Shown here piece after piece: positions 24,288 to 36,725 of a stretch of DNA of 64,000 bases. This DNA comes from Utricularia gibba (taxonomy: Eukaryota; Plantae; Magnoliophyta), in NCBI GenBank assembly GCA_002189035.1, contig NEEC01000015.1, positions 372,001 through 436,000 on the forward strand, written 5' to 3'. The notes below the pieces were generated by a model that ran no database searches, was not told the DNA's origin, and worked only from the letters and a program-made list of their open reading frames with translations. Positions within the stretch are counted from its first letter, which is position 1. Each line of letters opens with the position of its first letter. The translations under genes and the position numbers were made by a program.

Positions 24288-25580
24288 AGTCAATCACCAT
24301 TCACCCAATGGTGTGTGGCATGGGTATTGGTCGGTGGCATGATTGATTTTATCAAATTATTAAATAATGGAAATTAAATATATTTGATTTTCATATTCAA
24401 AATCAAATATATATGATATATAAATAGTGAAATAAAAAATAATTAAAGTAAAAAATATATTAAAGATTAAATACATTCATTATGTCAAAAGTTTAAAACT
24501 AAATGATACATCAAAATTTGAGAACTAAATATGTTAATAAAAATTAATTCTATTATTTTCATTAAATATTGAAGACTAATTCTACCAATTTTAAAAACGT
24601 TGGAGATTTATGTCCAATTCATATCATATGTAACCATGATATTATATAATTAATGTGTGTTATTTAAATTAAATTAAATTTTCATATTTTAGAAATTTTA
24701 AATTAAATTTTATGCAATTTTATTAATTATTAAAATATAGTTTTTTTTCATCAGCCAAAAAAGGGAGGCCCATAAATGAGGTTCCACCGACAGCCCAATT
24801 TGACTCAAGGCTTTTGATTAAATCAGGGTTTGTTTTTCTCGCTCGTGAATAAATTATTCTTAGGCATTTACTCTCTGAAATCGACATGTATGATTCCACC
24901 GGAATGCTGGTTTGTTATCTGAGAGTTGCAGATCTAGTTTAGATCCCGTCTCCACCTATTCCTCCTAGCTAGCCTCTTCGGTAACGTCTCTGTTTCCATT
25001 TAATCTTTTTTTACAGTTCTGGTTTTGCTTTTGTTTGCGATGGGTTGGGGGACTTTGCACGAGGCTGCTGTGCGGATTCGGATTTGTGGGGTTTACTTGA
25101 AGTGGGGGCGTGGTGATTGTGTAAAATTTCGATATGTGATGTGGGTTTTCGTTGTTCTGCTTGTATTTAATTGGCTGTTGGCCGTTGTGGCTTTACTGGA
25201 ATGTCGTTATCTTTTGATCTTGACAAGATCAAATGATCAGATCATGGAATTGAAGTTCAGGATATAGCTTCAGTTCTTGATAGTTTAGTTTCTGAAAGAT
25301 GCTGCTTTTTCCTGTCGGCTGTGACTTATGAACCATGGCTGCAGTTACTTGAAATATTTTCTTGATATGAAGTCTGCCAGATTTGAAATAAGAGAAATGC
25401 TGAAGTGTGATTGTCAGACGTAGGGCCAAACATAAGCCAAAGGCTCTTCTTTAATCTGTTTGATTCTGCATTTGTTTTTTTGTGAACTGGATGCTATTTA
25501 GCAGATAATTTTTTCTCCATGAATGTCTTGTAATATTCTCATTTCATGTGTATACCGTGTTTATCCAGAATTAATTCATT

Positions 25581-27234
25581 ATGTCAAGGAGACCAAGTGC
25601 CTCACGTCGCCTTACAGACAGTGCGGGCCTTCCTTTTGTGAGCTCATTGCATCCAAAAGTCCGTCGATCGCCACTCTTGTTGGGAGCTGTTGTTGTGGTA
25701 ATGTCTTGGATAATTGTTTGCATCCCACAGAATATGTAACAATCTTTCGAAAAAATTTCTTCTCGATGTTCGGTTTCCCTTGCACACTCCTTTTCCTAAA
25801 CGCATTATCCCTGGTTCTTAATACCGACTTCTTTCATGGGTTGTTATCCAAGCTTATATTTTTTATTTGGATAGAATGTTGAATGTGAATCTGGAGAATT
25901 TAAAACTTAGCAGCATGGATGCAAATCTTAGACCTTCAGAACACGCCCAATGTGTATTTTGTCTCCTATCAACTGTGCAAGCTGAATTGATACATGTATC
26001 GCTTTTCAGGGGGCTCTCTTGTTTCTTGGTTATCTCTATCATAGCTCAGGTCATTTTCTAACCATTCATATATTTGAACATTAGAAAGCCATGTGGTTAG
26101 TTGCCTTCGACTTGATTAACTTTTTTTTTCCTTGATAGGCAGCAGCAGCGATGCAGCTGCTTTAAGCAGATATGATGGTAATCATCTAAACATCTTTCTA
26201 GCCTTTCATGCTGTTATTGGACATGACTCCCAGACTTGGTGTTCTCATATGAACTTTGTTACTTCGCCATTTGCACTTCCACTTATTCTCGTTACGTCTT
26301 TCTTTGCAATCATTCTTTTGAATTTGGTGCTAGAAATGTTCTTAGCTCCTGTTTGTTTGTTTTTTAATCTCCATGCTTCAGCCATCTTCATGCTGTATTC
26401 TTCTCTAAATCATTTTCAGCTCATTCAGAGTGCATGCATTCTCTGTCCATGCCTTGTTTCTAGTATGACTAGATCTGTTCCCCCTCCCCCTCCCCTGCAG
26501 GTAGAGTTTCGTGCACACAAGAGCTTCCAGCATTAATACCTGTACTCAAGAAAACATACGGCAGCACAATGCAGAAAGTATTACACGTCGGCCCTGAGTC
26601 ATGTTCAGTAGTTGCTCAACTATTAGAAGATGGTGATTCCGAAGCCTGGGGCATCGAGCCCTATGAGTTAGACGATGCTGATAGCAAGTGCAGGAGTCTC
26701 GTCCGGAAAGGAATCGTCCGTGTAGCAGACATAAAGTTCCCTCTTCCATACAGACCAAAATCCTTCTCCCTTGTCATAGTTTCTGATGCAGTCGACTATC
26801 TGTCCCCCAAGTACCTCAACAAGACTGTCCCGGAGCTCGCAAGGGTCTCCGCTGACGGCTTAGTCGTGTTATCAGGTACTTCAACTCACCCCTGGTATGT
26901 ACTCCCAAGGCCAAGGTGTTATCAGGTACCTCACCTCACTCTCTTTTGAAGGGTATCCCGGCCAGAGAAAAGTCAAGGCACCGGAACTGCCAAAGTTTGG
27001 TCGCCCGGTATGCTTCCTTTTTCTGCACCATCAAATTCTTCCCCGCTCACTTAACATGCGGTGATTTTCCACGAATAGGCCAAATACCGAACCTCTTCGT
27101 GGTGGCTGCGGTTTTTCATTCAAACCAACCTGGAGGAGAACGAACCGGCCACGAAGAAGTTCGAGCAGGCGGCAGCGAAGAAATCGTACCGGCCGAGCTG
27201 CCAGATTTTCCACCTGAAGTCATCGTTGCATTGA
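25581..27234 (+). CDS. CGR: Cotton Golgi-related (CGR2/CGR3) pectin methyltransferase; 6 coding exons, probable 5'-UTR exon near 24860-24981
   Basis: MSRRPSASRRLTDSAGLPF..., TM anchor, IPVLKKTYG..MQKVLHVGPESC, EAWGIEPYEL, VRVADIKFPLPYRPKSFSLVIVSDAVDYLSPKYLNKTVPELARV, KFGRPAK..SSWWLRFFIQTNLEENE, CQIFHLKS; stop at 27232-27234. Confidence 0.92.
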
Positions 27235-27477
27235 TCCGGCCGCCGCTGCTCCTCCGTACCATTGTGATAGTGATTGATGCCTGAAACCTGGTGCACTCTT
27301 CCTTCTTGCGCCGCTTGCCCTTCAGCTTCTGTAACGGAACCACTCTCTTCATTTTTTGCGTCATATTTATTTTATAAATACATTAAATAGATTTTAATTT
27401 TTATTATTGATGTTGGCGGGAAGGAATTGAAACGACAGTGATTCATTAATATTCATTTATCGCATGGCATGGCTGCT

Positions 27478-28128
27478 TCAGCATCCACAGAAGAACCCAT
27501 GGAGGAACCCTAGATTCTCGTTGATCGGATCCAGGTGAGCCTTCGCCGCGGCCGCGGAACCCAGCCCGATCGCCGCCGGATTACCGAGAAAGGCGAGTTC
27601 GTAGGGGTCAAATGCGGCGATCCGAGCAGCGGTCTCCCCGACCTTCTTCCGCAGCTCTTCCATGGCGTCTCTCAGTTGCTCAACCTCCTGTAATCCCAAT
27701 TTCTCCACCGGCTCCTCCCACCAATAACCGCCGCCACTCCTCCGCATCTTCTCCAGAACCTGGCCCCTTTCCTTCTCCATCTCGACCTCGTCGAGGATCT
27801 GGTCCAAATGCGCATTCAGCTCGAAAATCCCGCCGCCATCGTTCCCGGCAAGGCACCCGGTTTCCGTGTTCCGGGCGAGGAAACGATCGACAATGGGACG
27901 AACCTCCGGGTGCCCGAAGGAGAAGATCTTTTTGGCAGGCGAGAAAACGACGATGGCGATCTCGACGCCGCAGAGCGTGCAGAGTTCGCTGGCCTTTTTG
28001 AAAAGCCCGGCGCGGCGCTTGGAGAAGGTGACCTGGAGGTTTGTCTTGGCTTCGATCTTGGCGATCTTGATCTTCCGCCTCCCGAGGCTGGGCTTCTTGG
28101 CCATCTCCGGCGCGGTGGCTGGAGGCAT
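27478..28128 (-). CDS. Intronless type-I (M-alpha) MADS-box transcription factor, AGL61/AGL62-like
   Basis: LGRRKIKIAKIEAKTNLQVTFSKRRAGLFKKASELCTLCGVEIAIVVFSPAKKIFSFGHP; YWWEEPVEKLGLQEVEQL motif typical of the AGL62 clade; no K-box. Confidence 0.92.
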   Translation of the reverse strand: MPPATAPEMAKKPSLGRRKIKIAKIEAKTNLQVTFSKRRAGLFKKASELCTLCGVEIAIVVFSPAKKIFSFGHPEVRPIVDRFLARNTETGCLAGNDGGGIFELNAHLDQILDEVEMEKERGQVLEKMRRSGGGYWWEEPVEKLGLQEVEQLRDAMEELRKKVGETAARIAAFDPYELAFLGNPAAIGLGSAAAAKAHLDPINENLGFLHGFFCGC

Positions 28129-28850
28129 TTACTTAATTACATATTACCGTGTTGATTTATAGAGGGATGATTCATGATTTGAGAGTTACAAAGAATCGTG
28201 GGGAGAGGTTAATGCATCGGATTCGGGACACTCCCCAGGCATCAAGGAAGAAAGAAACACCCGCTAGCTGGAAGGAAAGGAAACACAGCACGTGATCAAA
28301 TGGGGACCCAAGAAGAAGAATTAAATGGGCCCCTCTCCCCCCTGTCCTGTCCCACGTGCTTGAAAAAGGCCTCTTTTTTCATGTCGTTGGGGCCCGGGGG
28401 GGAGTTTATGGGTTTTGTGCGCATTTTAACGGGGCCCACCTCCATTATAATACAACATGAGGATTGAGCCTCCTCAGGCCCACCATACGGATGTGCGAGA
28501 CGGAGTTATGAAGAGAGAGAAAAAGGGCTTTTTAATTGACGTTTTCTCACGTCACCTTTGATCGGTAAAATAAAATCCCAATTGAAATTGGTTGGTTCAC
28601 TTGAAACCTGATCAAACCCTAAAATTGATTAGGTTTTAATTGACACCCTAATTGAAACCAGTGATTTGAATTGGCTTCCTTCTTGTATAAGAAACTCTTG
28701 AACTCTGATGAATCCATAGGGTTTACTGTAGAGCCGTGGATCGATGCTTTACTGGAGCGGGAAACAGATCGACCCGAACCGGATGATCCCCGGGGGGGCA
28801 AAAATCTTGTGCGGCACATGCCACCGATCTGTTCCCCTTACAAAGCCAGA

Positions 28851-28872
28851 GGGGCGGGGGGGGGGGGGGGGG
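28851..28872. repeat. Poly-G tract (G4-C-G17) upstream of the MADS-box gene
   Basis: Directly visible; run length is unreliable given the homopolymer errors elsewhere in the window. Confidence 0.85.
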
Positions 28873-29739
28873 ATGATGTGACAGGGCTGTGGGCGACTTT
28901 AATTTAACAAAATTATTACAATGTCCTGTTGGGAATGTAATAATAAGCATGAAATGAAATTGTATTGAAGCGTGTGTTGATTATCCATCCAGTCAAAGAT
29001 GCACAGTAATTGCTCATTAACTGTGCAGTGGAATTTCCTGCCCTTCACCTTGCCCAATTCAAACTCGCTGACTAGAACGTAATAAGATGCGCAAAAGCGT
29101 GACGTTGCCAAAAAAAAAAATTATCCCACTTTTTTAAATAATACGTACATACGCAATTGAAATATTAAAAATACAAAAAAAAAATTAGATTATCAAAGTA
29201 GAAGATGATGATGAGAGTTTACTCGTATGATCAAAGAACATTAGATACAGTATTTTTTGTGTATTTTATGTCTAATAAAATATTTTTGTATATTATATCT
29301 TTAATATAAATATATTTAAATTATTATGATACTATAGATTTAAAATTATATTCATATTTTACATAAGATGTTTGTAATTTATATGATGTGTAAAATAATA
29401 TTATAAATATGATTAAATAAATCATTTAATTATAAATATTATTTTTTTTAGTTTTTGTACTTTAAAAATAAATTAATTATGTAGATCATTCTTAATAAAG
29501 ATATTGAAATATATATTAATTTTAATTATAGGATGGTTTTTTGGGAACCGACCCTGGTATTAGGGAATATCTTTGAAATTCGTATTTGAAACGCGCTGAA
29601 AACGCGTCTTCCGTGCGTATTTATGACGGTTGGCCTGCCTAAAGGCCCATACACATTGAGACTGCCTTCTTCGTCAAAAGGGAATTGTTGCGGCAGGTCT
29701 GCTTGCGCAGGAGAGGATCGAATCGCTGTTCTCTTACCC

Positions 29740-30458
29740 ATGAGTTACTACAACCAACAGCAACCGCCCGTCGGCGTTCCTCCCCCGCAAGGTTAGGTTT
29801 TCTTGATTCTTGCTTCTCTTCGATCGATCGATCGATCGATTTACTTGATTTGTGGATTGGGAGTTTTGTTGAGAGTAGCCTCTTGATTTGGGTGGTTTGC
29901 AGGATATCCGCCGCCGGAGGGGTACCCGAAGGACGCGTATCCACCGCCGGGATATCCGCCGGCAGGGTACCCGCAGCCGGGGTATCCGCAGCAGGGGTAT
30001 CCGCCGCAGTACCAGCAGCCGCCGCCGCAACAACAGCAGCAGCAATCTGGCGGCGTGGGTTTCATGGAAGGATGGTTAGTAGATCTACATATATACTCTT
30101 TTTTAATTTTCCAGAAAAAACACGTTTGTGCTTCAGATCTGATGAATCCGGATTCACAACTTCTGGTCAAGTTTTGGTATTACTACTTTTCTTCGAATTC
30201 CAGAAAATTTGAAACCTTCTGGCGTCATCCACAGATAGATTTACTCCCACTTTTCTCCCTGGGTCCTTATCAGTTTTTTACTCAAACACCACCCCATTCT
30301 GAATACCAAAACTACTTTGTGGGTTTCCTGTCTGCCGTTCCACACCCCAAAACTCTATGGTTTGAAGTTTGAATGTTACTCATTTCTGTTGCTTCTGTGT
30401 GAAATTCTACAGTTTGGCTGCCCTCTGCTGTTGCTGTGTCCTGGATGCTTGCTTTTAA
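29740..30458 (+). CDS. CYSTM (cysteine-rich transmembrane module; WIH-like) small protein; 3 exons
   Basis: Exons 29740-29791, 29903-30074 and 30413-30458 give MSYYNQQQPPVGVPPPQ-GYPPPEGYPKDAYPPPGYPP...GFMEG-CLAALCCCCVLDACF*. This gene is missed by the ORF track. Confidence 0.93.
29820..29840. repeat. (ATCG)n microsatellite in CYSTM intron 1
   Basis: TCGATCGATCGATCGATCGAT, about 5 units. Confidence 0.8.
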
Positions 30459-30798
30459 TCCATGACAGGCTCAGAGACCTTCGTCCTCATCCATTGATCC
30501 CCGCCATGGATGCTGACATCATGTATTACATACTCCTACTGTTGCAATTTCTTTCCAGTTGATTGCTGCACTTCATCTCTCTGTGTTTGCTATTTCTGAG
30601 CTTATCTACTACCCTTATCCGAATCGTGTACTTGACTCAATAATTAAAATGAGGTGAATTATTATACATACCCTCCCCTCCTTGCACATACGACATTCTC
30701 AAGTAGAAAAAGATGCAACTTGCTGGTTCAGAAACATCATCGTCTTCCTCATTAGCATTTATTTCAGTATGGTCACATGAACAAATACTCAGTCCTCC

Positions 30799-32883
30799 CT
30801 ACGAGACAACTACAATGTGATGGTCGCCATCGCCCCCGTCTTCCAACGGAGACACCCGAAACGTCTGCGAAGATGAGGAGATGGTGATCTCGTATTCGCC
30901 GTGATGCAACGAGGCTTCGAAGATGCCTTCCGCGTCAGTCACGCCATCAACGCCGCCGCTGTGATTTAACTCCCCAAGGAATCTGTCGACGACATCGCCG
31001 GTCGCCAAGTTACGGAAGTTGTTATCTATCAAGCACATTCGGTAGCATCCACCGGCACTCCACCCCGACCACAGGATCACTCCATTCACCGCCGGATGCG
31101 CGTGCACTTCCCGCAGTATTTGGTCCAAGTACAGTGCCTGGTTTGGAGAGGCGGCGACATCCAGCTCGGTGATCCAAATGGGCAACCTGGCGGAGGCCAA
31201 GGTGTCGAGGGCGGATCGGATGTACGGTAAGTTGGCAACCCGAAAATGCCCTTCGAGACCGATGCCCATGGGACCGGAATACCCTTGCCCCCGGATTGCT
31301 CGAATCTTCCGCAGATAATTGGCCGGTGAGGCGGTGAATTCGCCGCTCTCCTCAATGGTGTTGTACTCGTTGAGAAATGGCGTCGCGGTGGGATCCAGCT
31401 TACGCGCGATTGCGAAGCTGGTGGCGGAGAATTTGGGGCCGAGTCTGTTCTCGAAGAAGCTGAAATGCATATTTTCGTTCACTACGTCCCAGTGGATGAG
31501 CTTCCCCCTGTACCGATTAATGACGCTTCTGATTCGCCTGTCTGTCGCGGCGGCCAAATCGGGAGTTGATAGTCCGGGGATCCATGAGGGCTGGTAGCTG
31601 GGGTCGTCCCAGAAGATATTGTGGCCGCGAACGGCGACGCCGTGGATTTCACTAACGCCAGCAGAGCGTCGGCCTTGGAGTAGTCCTCGGAGCCGCGCGA
31701 GTATTCTGTCGAGTACCTGACGAGGTAATCGATTGAGATCGGCGATATTCCACTTGGGGACTAGGGTTTTTTTCTTTACCATTTCATTTCGTTTCCGAAG
31801 ACGGTGTACTTGAATCGGCTGAAGAACCAGTTCTGGTAGGCTGCGTTTCCGAGGAGGTTCTCTGCCGTCGCGCAGCCGAACGGGAATCTGGCGCGACTCT
31901 GGGATATCGAAACGGTGGCGTTCTGAACGGGTCTGCCATCGGAATCCACCGCCTGAAATCTCATCCTCCTCTTCCTCCCCTGTAAACCATACAGTCACGG
32001 AATCCCGCTGACGCATCTGCTGCATTCACATCTCCCGTCGAAAACAAAGAAATACCTTCTCAACGGCATGGGAACGATGGGAGTCCCATTCCTCACGCGT
32101 AAAACCCATCAACGAGACGCCGGTCGCCCGGACCTCCACACTCGTGTCGTTGCTCTGCAGAACACGAATTATAATAAATCATATTTAATCATTAATTAAT
32201 CGGACAAAAAGATATATATATTGGTAGCGTTATACCTGAAAATATAAATGGGCCGAGCCGGATTCCTCAACAACAAGGCCGCCTTTCAACATAGCCCAAC
32301 AACCCTCTTGGGCGATCACCCAGCCCGCTGTTATCGAGCCCCCAGTAGTTTGGAAAACAGCCGACACGCTGACGTCGACATCACTCGCTTGCACCCACGC
32401 TGACGTAATCACAAACGATCCACATGTCACAACACCACACAAACAAAACAAACATAAACATAAAATGATCCCTTACCAGAGAACGTATATAGTCTCTCTT
32501 TATCAAGAACGAACTGCTGCGAGAAGCTAGCAAACGGTTGCTTCCTCTCCGACGCGGCGATGTATTTAGTTCCGGCACCGGATCCGCCGTGCCGTATCGT
32601 AGCCGAGCCGAACACAGTCCAACCAATCAACCCTTCCTTCAGTTCCGGATTGGCCACCAGCCCCCACCGTACTGCGCCCTCTCAGGATGCTCCAAACACT
32701 ACACACGCACATACATAAGGTATCGCACGTGACACATCTACTTAAGCTCTAAAGCATCGCAAGGGACATCACCTCGTTCGTGTAGTGGTAGTCATACTTC
32801 ACGCCATGCGCACGTGGAGCAACGTAATTGGACAACAGAAGTAGTGCGGTAAGAGCGAAGAGCGGCAGTTGAAGAACTGGCAT
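30799..32883 (-). CDS. Secreted GH10 endo-1,4-beta-xylanase (XYN5-like) with an N-terminal carbohydrate-binding-like domain; 6 exons; two apparent -1 frameshifts (32661-32665 and 31644-31645)
   Basis: Signal peptide MPVLQLPLFALTALLLL; YDYHYTNECL...QYGG(G)LVANP; FPFGCA; NEMKW|YSTE (63-nt intron 31717-31779); VRGHNIFWDDP; WDVVNEN (acid/base Glu); GLEGHF; IWITELDV (nucleophile Glu). Confidence 0.9.
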
Positions 32884-34927
32884 CGTGGTCGAGGGTTCCC
32901 TTTGGAAACCAACGAACTTTTAGTTGATGTTTAAATAAGACCGGGGGAGATTAGGTTTTGGTAATAAGGGATATTATTTAGTTTTTCCGGTGTGGTAAAA
33001 AAAGAAAGATTCCTCGATACGTGGGTGCATTGGCTATTTATGGCATTGTATTGGTTGTTGTAGGGAAATTTAAAGTTTTTGACTCGGATTAAAGGGAAAA
33101 TAAAAAAACAGGAGTTCATTATGAATGCTAATTACCGATAAAAGGGTGATTAGTACGAAAATGCAAATTATTGTTAATCCAACTTTCTCATAAATCAGTT
33201 GCAAAGTATTGGGTCTGTTATGGTACTCTAATCGGCTTAAATGATTCTGTTTAATTTTTTGTGAATTATAATTTGAATAATGAAATGAATTTAAAAATTA
33301 TTAATTTTTTTGAATATTAATTTTAATGATTAAATAAGAGATTAATTATAAAAATTATATTATTTATTTTTTACATATTTTAAAAATATCTTTATGCCAT
33401 ACTATTAAATTATATTACAATAATTTGAAAAATTGATTATATAATGGTGGGAATTTGATTAAAGCGAAATTAGGAGACTAAGACGTATTAAGGAAGGTAT
33501 TGGGTTTTTTAGAATTGCCGACGGCCCAAGATTCTAACAAACACCATTCTCAAAGCCCGGAATTGGGAAGTTTGACGGAGTGGGGAACAACCGTCAGTCA
33601 CGGCGGCGCTGCCGTCGATGGATTTTACTGGTCTGAACCAGGTCTCATCGTTCATAACCTGCCATTGAATCAATGGATTTTCTCTTCAGCCATAATCGTC
33701 TACGATACCCGGGTTTCCACTTTTGAATTTGAATGCCCTTACGCGGTTCGTCTCCTTTGTCGAATGCACATCATTGACTATGCTGCATTGGTTCATCGTC
33801 TGTCCTCGCGTCTCCGCTTTAAGTTTATTGCTATTTTTATTGGATTGGTTCATGTGGTTGTGAGAGTTCTAGGTTTTGTGAAGGAGATTCTTTAGGAATT
33901 GGAAAATGTTTCTGCTGTTGAGAGTCTTTAGTCATTGGCTGGAAAAAGTGTGCCATTTACTGAAAGGTGAATGGAAATCATCTCCGGTGGATGGGGTATT
34001 TACTGAAAGTCGTAATCGAATGAAGGCTTGTCGAAACTTCTTTGTCTATGTTCAAGCATGACTCCCCTTAAGATCAGTTGATCCCAAAGAGGTAAAATAG
34101 TATTGCTAATGGTATTACGAGCATAAATTCCAACAACCATGGTTTTATCTGGTTTTAGTTGCTGTGTTTTGTGGCTATACTGATACTTTCACAAATGCAG
34201 TGCTCTCCCATTCCAGCCTTGTTTCTCTCTACTTCCGGCGTTTTCCTCGACTTCTGTATCCGAACCCAGGCACGGATGAAGTCCTGGTCGATCTGAATGA
34301 CTAGAACTTGATCATCAATTGATAGTGGTGGAGCCTCTTTGTTCATATTTCTGCCGAAAGTTACACGAACAGGATGCTTGTCTTCACTTGCTGCTTCCTC
34401 TTGCTCCAGTACTCATCACACTCCACCTCTTTTCTCTTAATGAAGGAAGATGGCCACAAAGGGTAAGTTTTATATTAAGTCATGGGCTCATGAGAGATCT
34501 TTCTGGGCTTGAAATTTAAGAGCTATTGAGTGGAATATTTAGAGCTTGAAAATGGCCAAAATAGTGATTTTTTTATGCGTGGATTCCACTCAGCGGTTAA
34601 CGGACAATAAGGAAAGAAAATTGCCTTGAGTTTCTCCCGACTTTTCTCGTTACACTTTTTGTTTGTCAGCAAGTCCACCTTTCGGGATTTGTTCGATTTT
34701 TTTTGTTGCTCTTAAAGGGATTGTTTTTTTCTTTTTCTTTTTTTTTTGTTCTATGGGAATCCAGGGAAGCGGTAGCTGAACCAGTGCGCAAGTCGGAGTC
34801 CTTGTCATACGGCGTCGTCGAGGGTGATGGCGTCACGGTCACCGCCCTATTAGGATCCTCCACTGCAGAGCTCGTATCCTGTCTTAAATCTCATCTCTGG
34901 TGACACTCGGGGCCCTCCCCTGTCTGC

Positions 34928-36249
34928 ATGGACGATCTGTTTCGGAATATGTATTCCGATTCGGATTCATTTGTGCTGGGGAGCAACGCCGCCGCCATAG
35001 CCGGAGGAGGAGGGATGCGCAATAGGAACGTGAGCAAGGCAGCGAATGAGGAATGCTGGGATATTCTTCATGTTGGGGGTAACGACGGTGGGAAGCCGCT
35101 GTTGACGCCGAGTGATTTTCTTGTTACGGCCGAGATGATGAACGAGGTGGATGTTAGGATGCCCCCGGCGATGGCCATGGCTCCACGTAGTGCGGCCACT
35201 GTTGCCTTTGGGATGGATGCTCCTCTCATGAATCCCGGGGCGAGTGTGCCAGCCTTGCCGTTTGCTCAGACAGCGGCGACTTGTGTGCAGAATGGGTATG
35301 GTCTGGAATTCGCCAACGGAGTGGCGGCCTCGCCTTCGAGTGGAAGCATCGGATACGACGGCAGGGGGAAACGGAACGCGGCGATGGATGAAGCTAGCAT
35401 GGATAAGGCCACGCAACAAAAGCAGAGGAGAATGATAAAGAACCGGGAATCCGCCGCCAGATCCAGGGAACGCAAGCAGGTTCCTTTCTTCCCAGCTGCG
35501 TCGTCCCATTTTTTCTTTTCTGCGACGCATTTGCAATGGTATTAAAATTGCTACCTTTTGTCATAAAAAGCCTGCTTTTCTTCACCATTTACTTCTTTAA
35601 CCGTCAAGGCCCTTACAGTGGAGCTGGAATCCTTGGTCGCACAACTTGAGGAGGATGGTGCCTCGCTTTTGAGAGAACATGTAATCATGTTGTTACGCAT
35701 GTAATAACTTCCACCATATGAAAAAATGTCAAGTAAACCAACTTTTCGTATTGGAAATGCAGGCTGAAAAGAACAGGCAGAGATACAAGCAGGTAACCTT
35801 TTTTCTTTCTGGTCTCTCTTTTATCCATCCTGTAGCTGTTTTCTGTATAAGGTTCTCCTATCCTGAAGAGGCATTCAGTGGTTTAGCATGTATGTATTAG
35901 TGATCAATGAAGGATTAATGCGGTGCAACCAATTCTTCAGTGGCCTTCCTGCTTCATGTATTGCAGTTATGGTGCCTTGCCTTTTAGATGCGATTAGTGT
36001 GTGCTGCATAGGTTTCTGAGTTTAAAATAGAGTTAGTTTTTACCCATATTTATTTCAAATGAGAGCATCTCAGACACAACTTATATAGGATTTGCATTGC
36101 AGCTTCGAGAAAAGAAGGTTCCCATTGTTGAGAAGCCATGGCCTTCAAGAACATCCACCTCAAACGATCATGCAACGAACATGGGCTTACCCTCCTCCAG
36201 CGTTCTGCAAAGAAGAAAGTCGATGACATGGCAATCTTCCCCAGCATAA
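34928..36249 (+). CDS. Group-A bZIP transcription factor (GBF4/bZIP13-like); 4 exons
   Basis: MDDLFRNMY; KATQQKQRRMIKNRESAARSRERKQ|ALTVELESLVAQLEE|AEKNRQRYKQ|LREKKVPIVEKP...LQRRKSMTW (LxRxxSxxW end motif); TAA at 36247-36249. Confidence 0.88.
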
Positions 36250-36725
36250 TAAGGAGCTACACTCGTGGAGTAGAGGTAAAAGTTATTCTGCTCGTTCTTT
36301 TTGAATGAGGATGTCGAAGGAGAGGGAACCCCCCCAATGCCATCCATATACATACTGCATTCATGGCTTCTGAATTTCACTGGTGGGAAGTGCAGATTCA
36401 TTCCTTTGTTGATCATCCATTTTGAGGTTGCATTCCTCAAATAAGAAATGGAAAAACTGGGTGAAGCGCCTACCGATTCATCATCCATTTGGTTTGCCAG
36501 TCTGTTAGAAACCTCTTGTCAGTTACTGGTTCTTGGTTCAAAATTCGCTTCACAGGAAGACCAGAGAACACCAGTGGCTGCCTGACAAGTAGAAGAGAGG
36601 AAATATGGTATGAAGAAGAATGAATAAATGAATCACATATTGCATGGTTGATTCAACTAGTAATAGAGTGACCAGTCCAAGGCCAAAATGGCTTATTACT
36701 CTGTACCCTTCTCTTCTCTACCCCC

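Noticed and set aside
30799-32883. Horizontal transfer of the GC-rich GH10 xylanase from a microbe
   Set aside because: It has spliceosomal introns, a plant-type signal peptide and N-terminal domain, and plant XYN5-like motifs; other exons in the window are similarly GC-rich.
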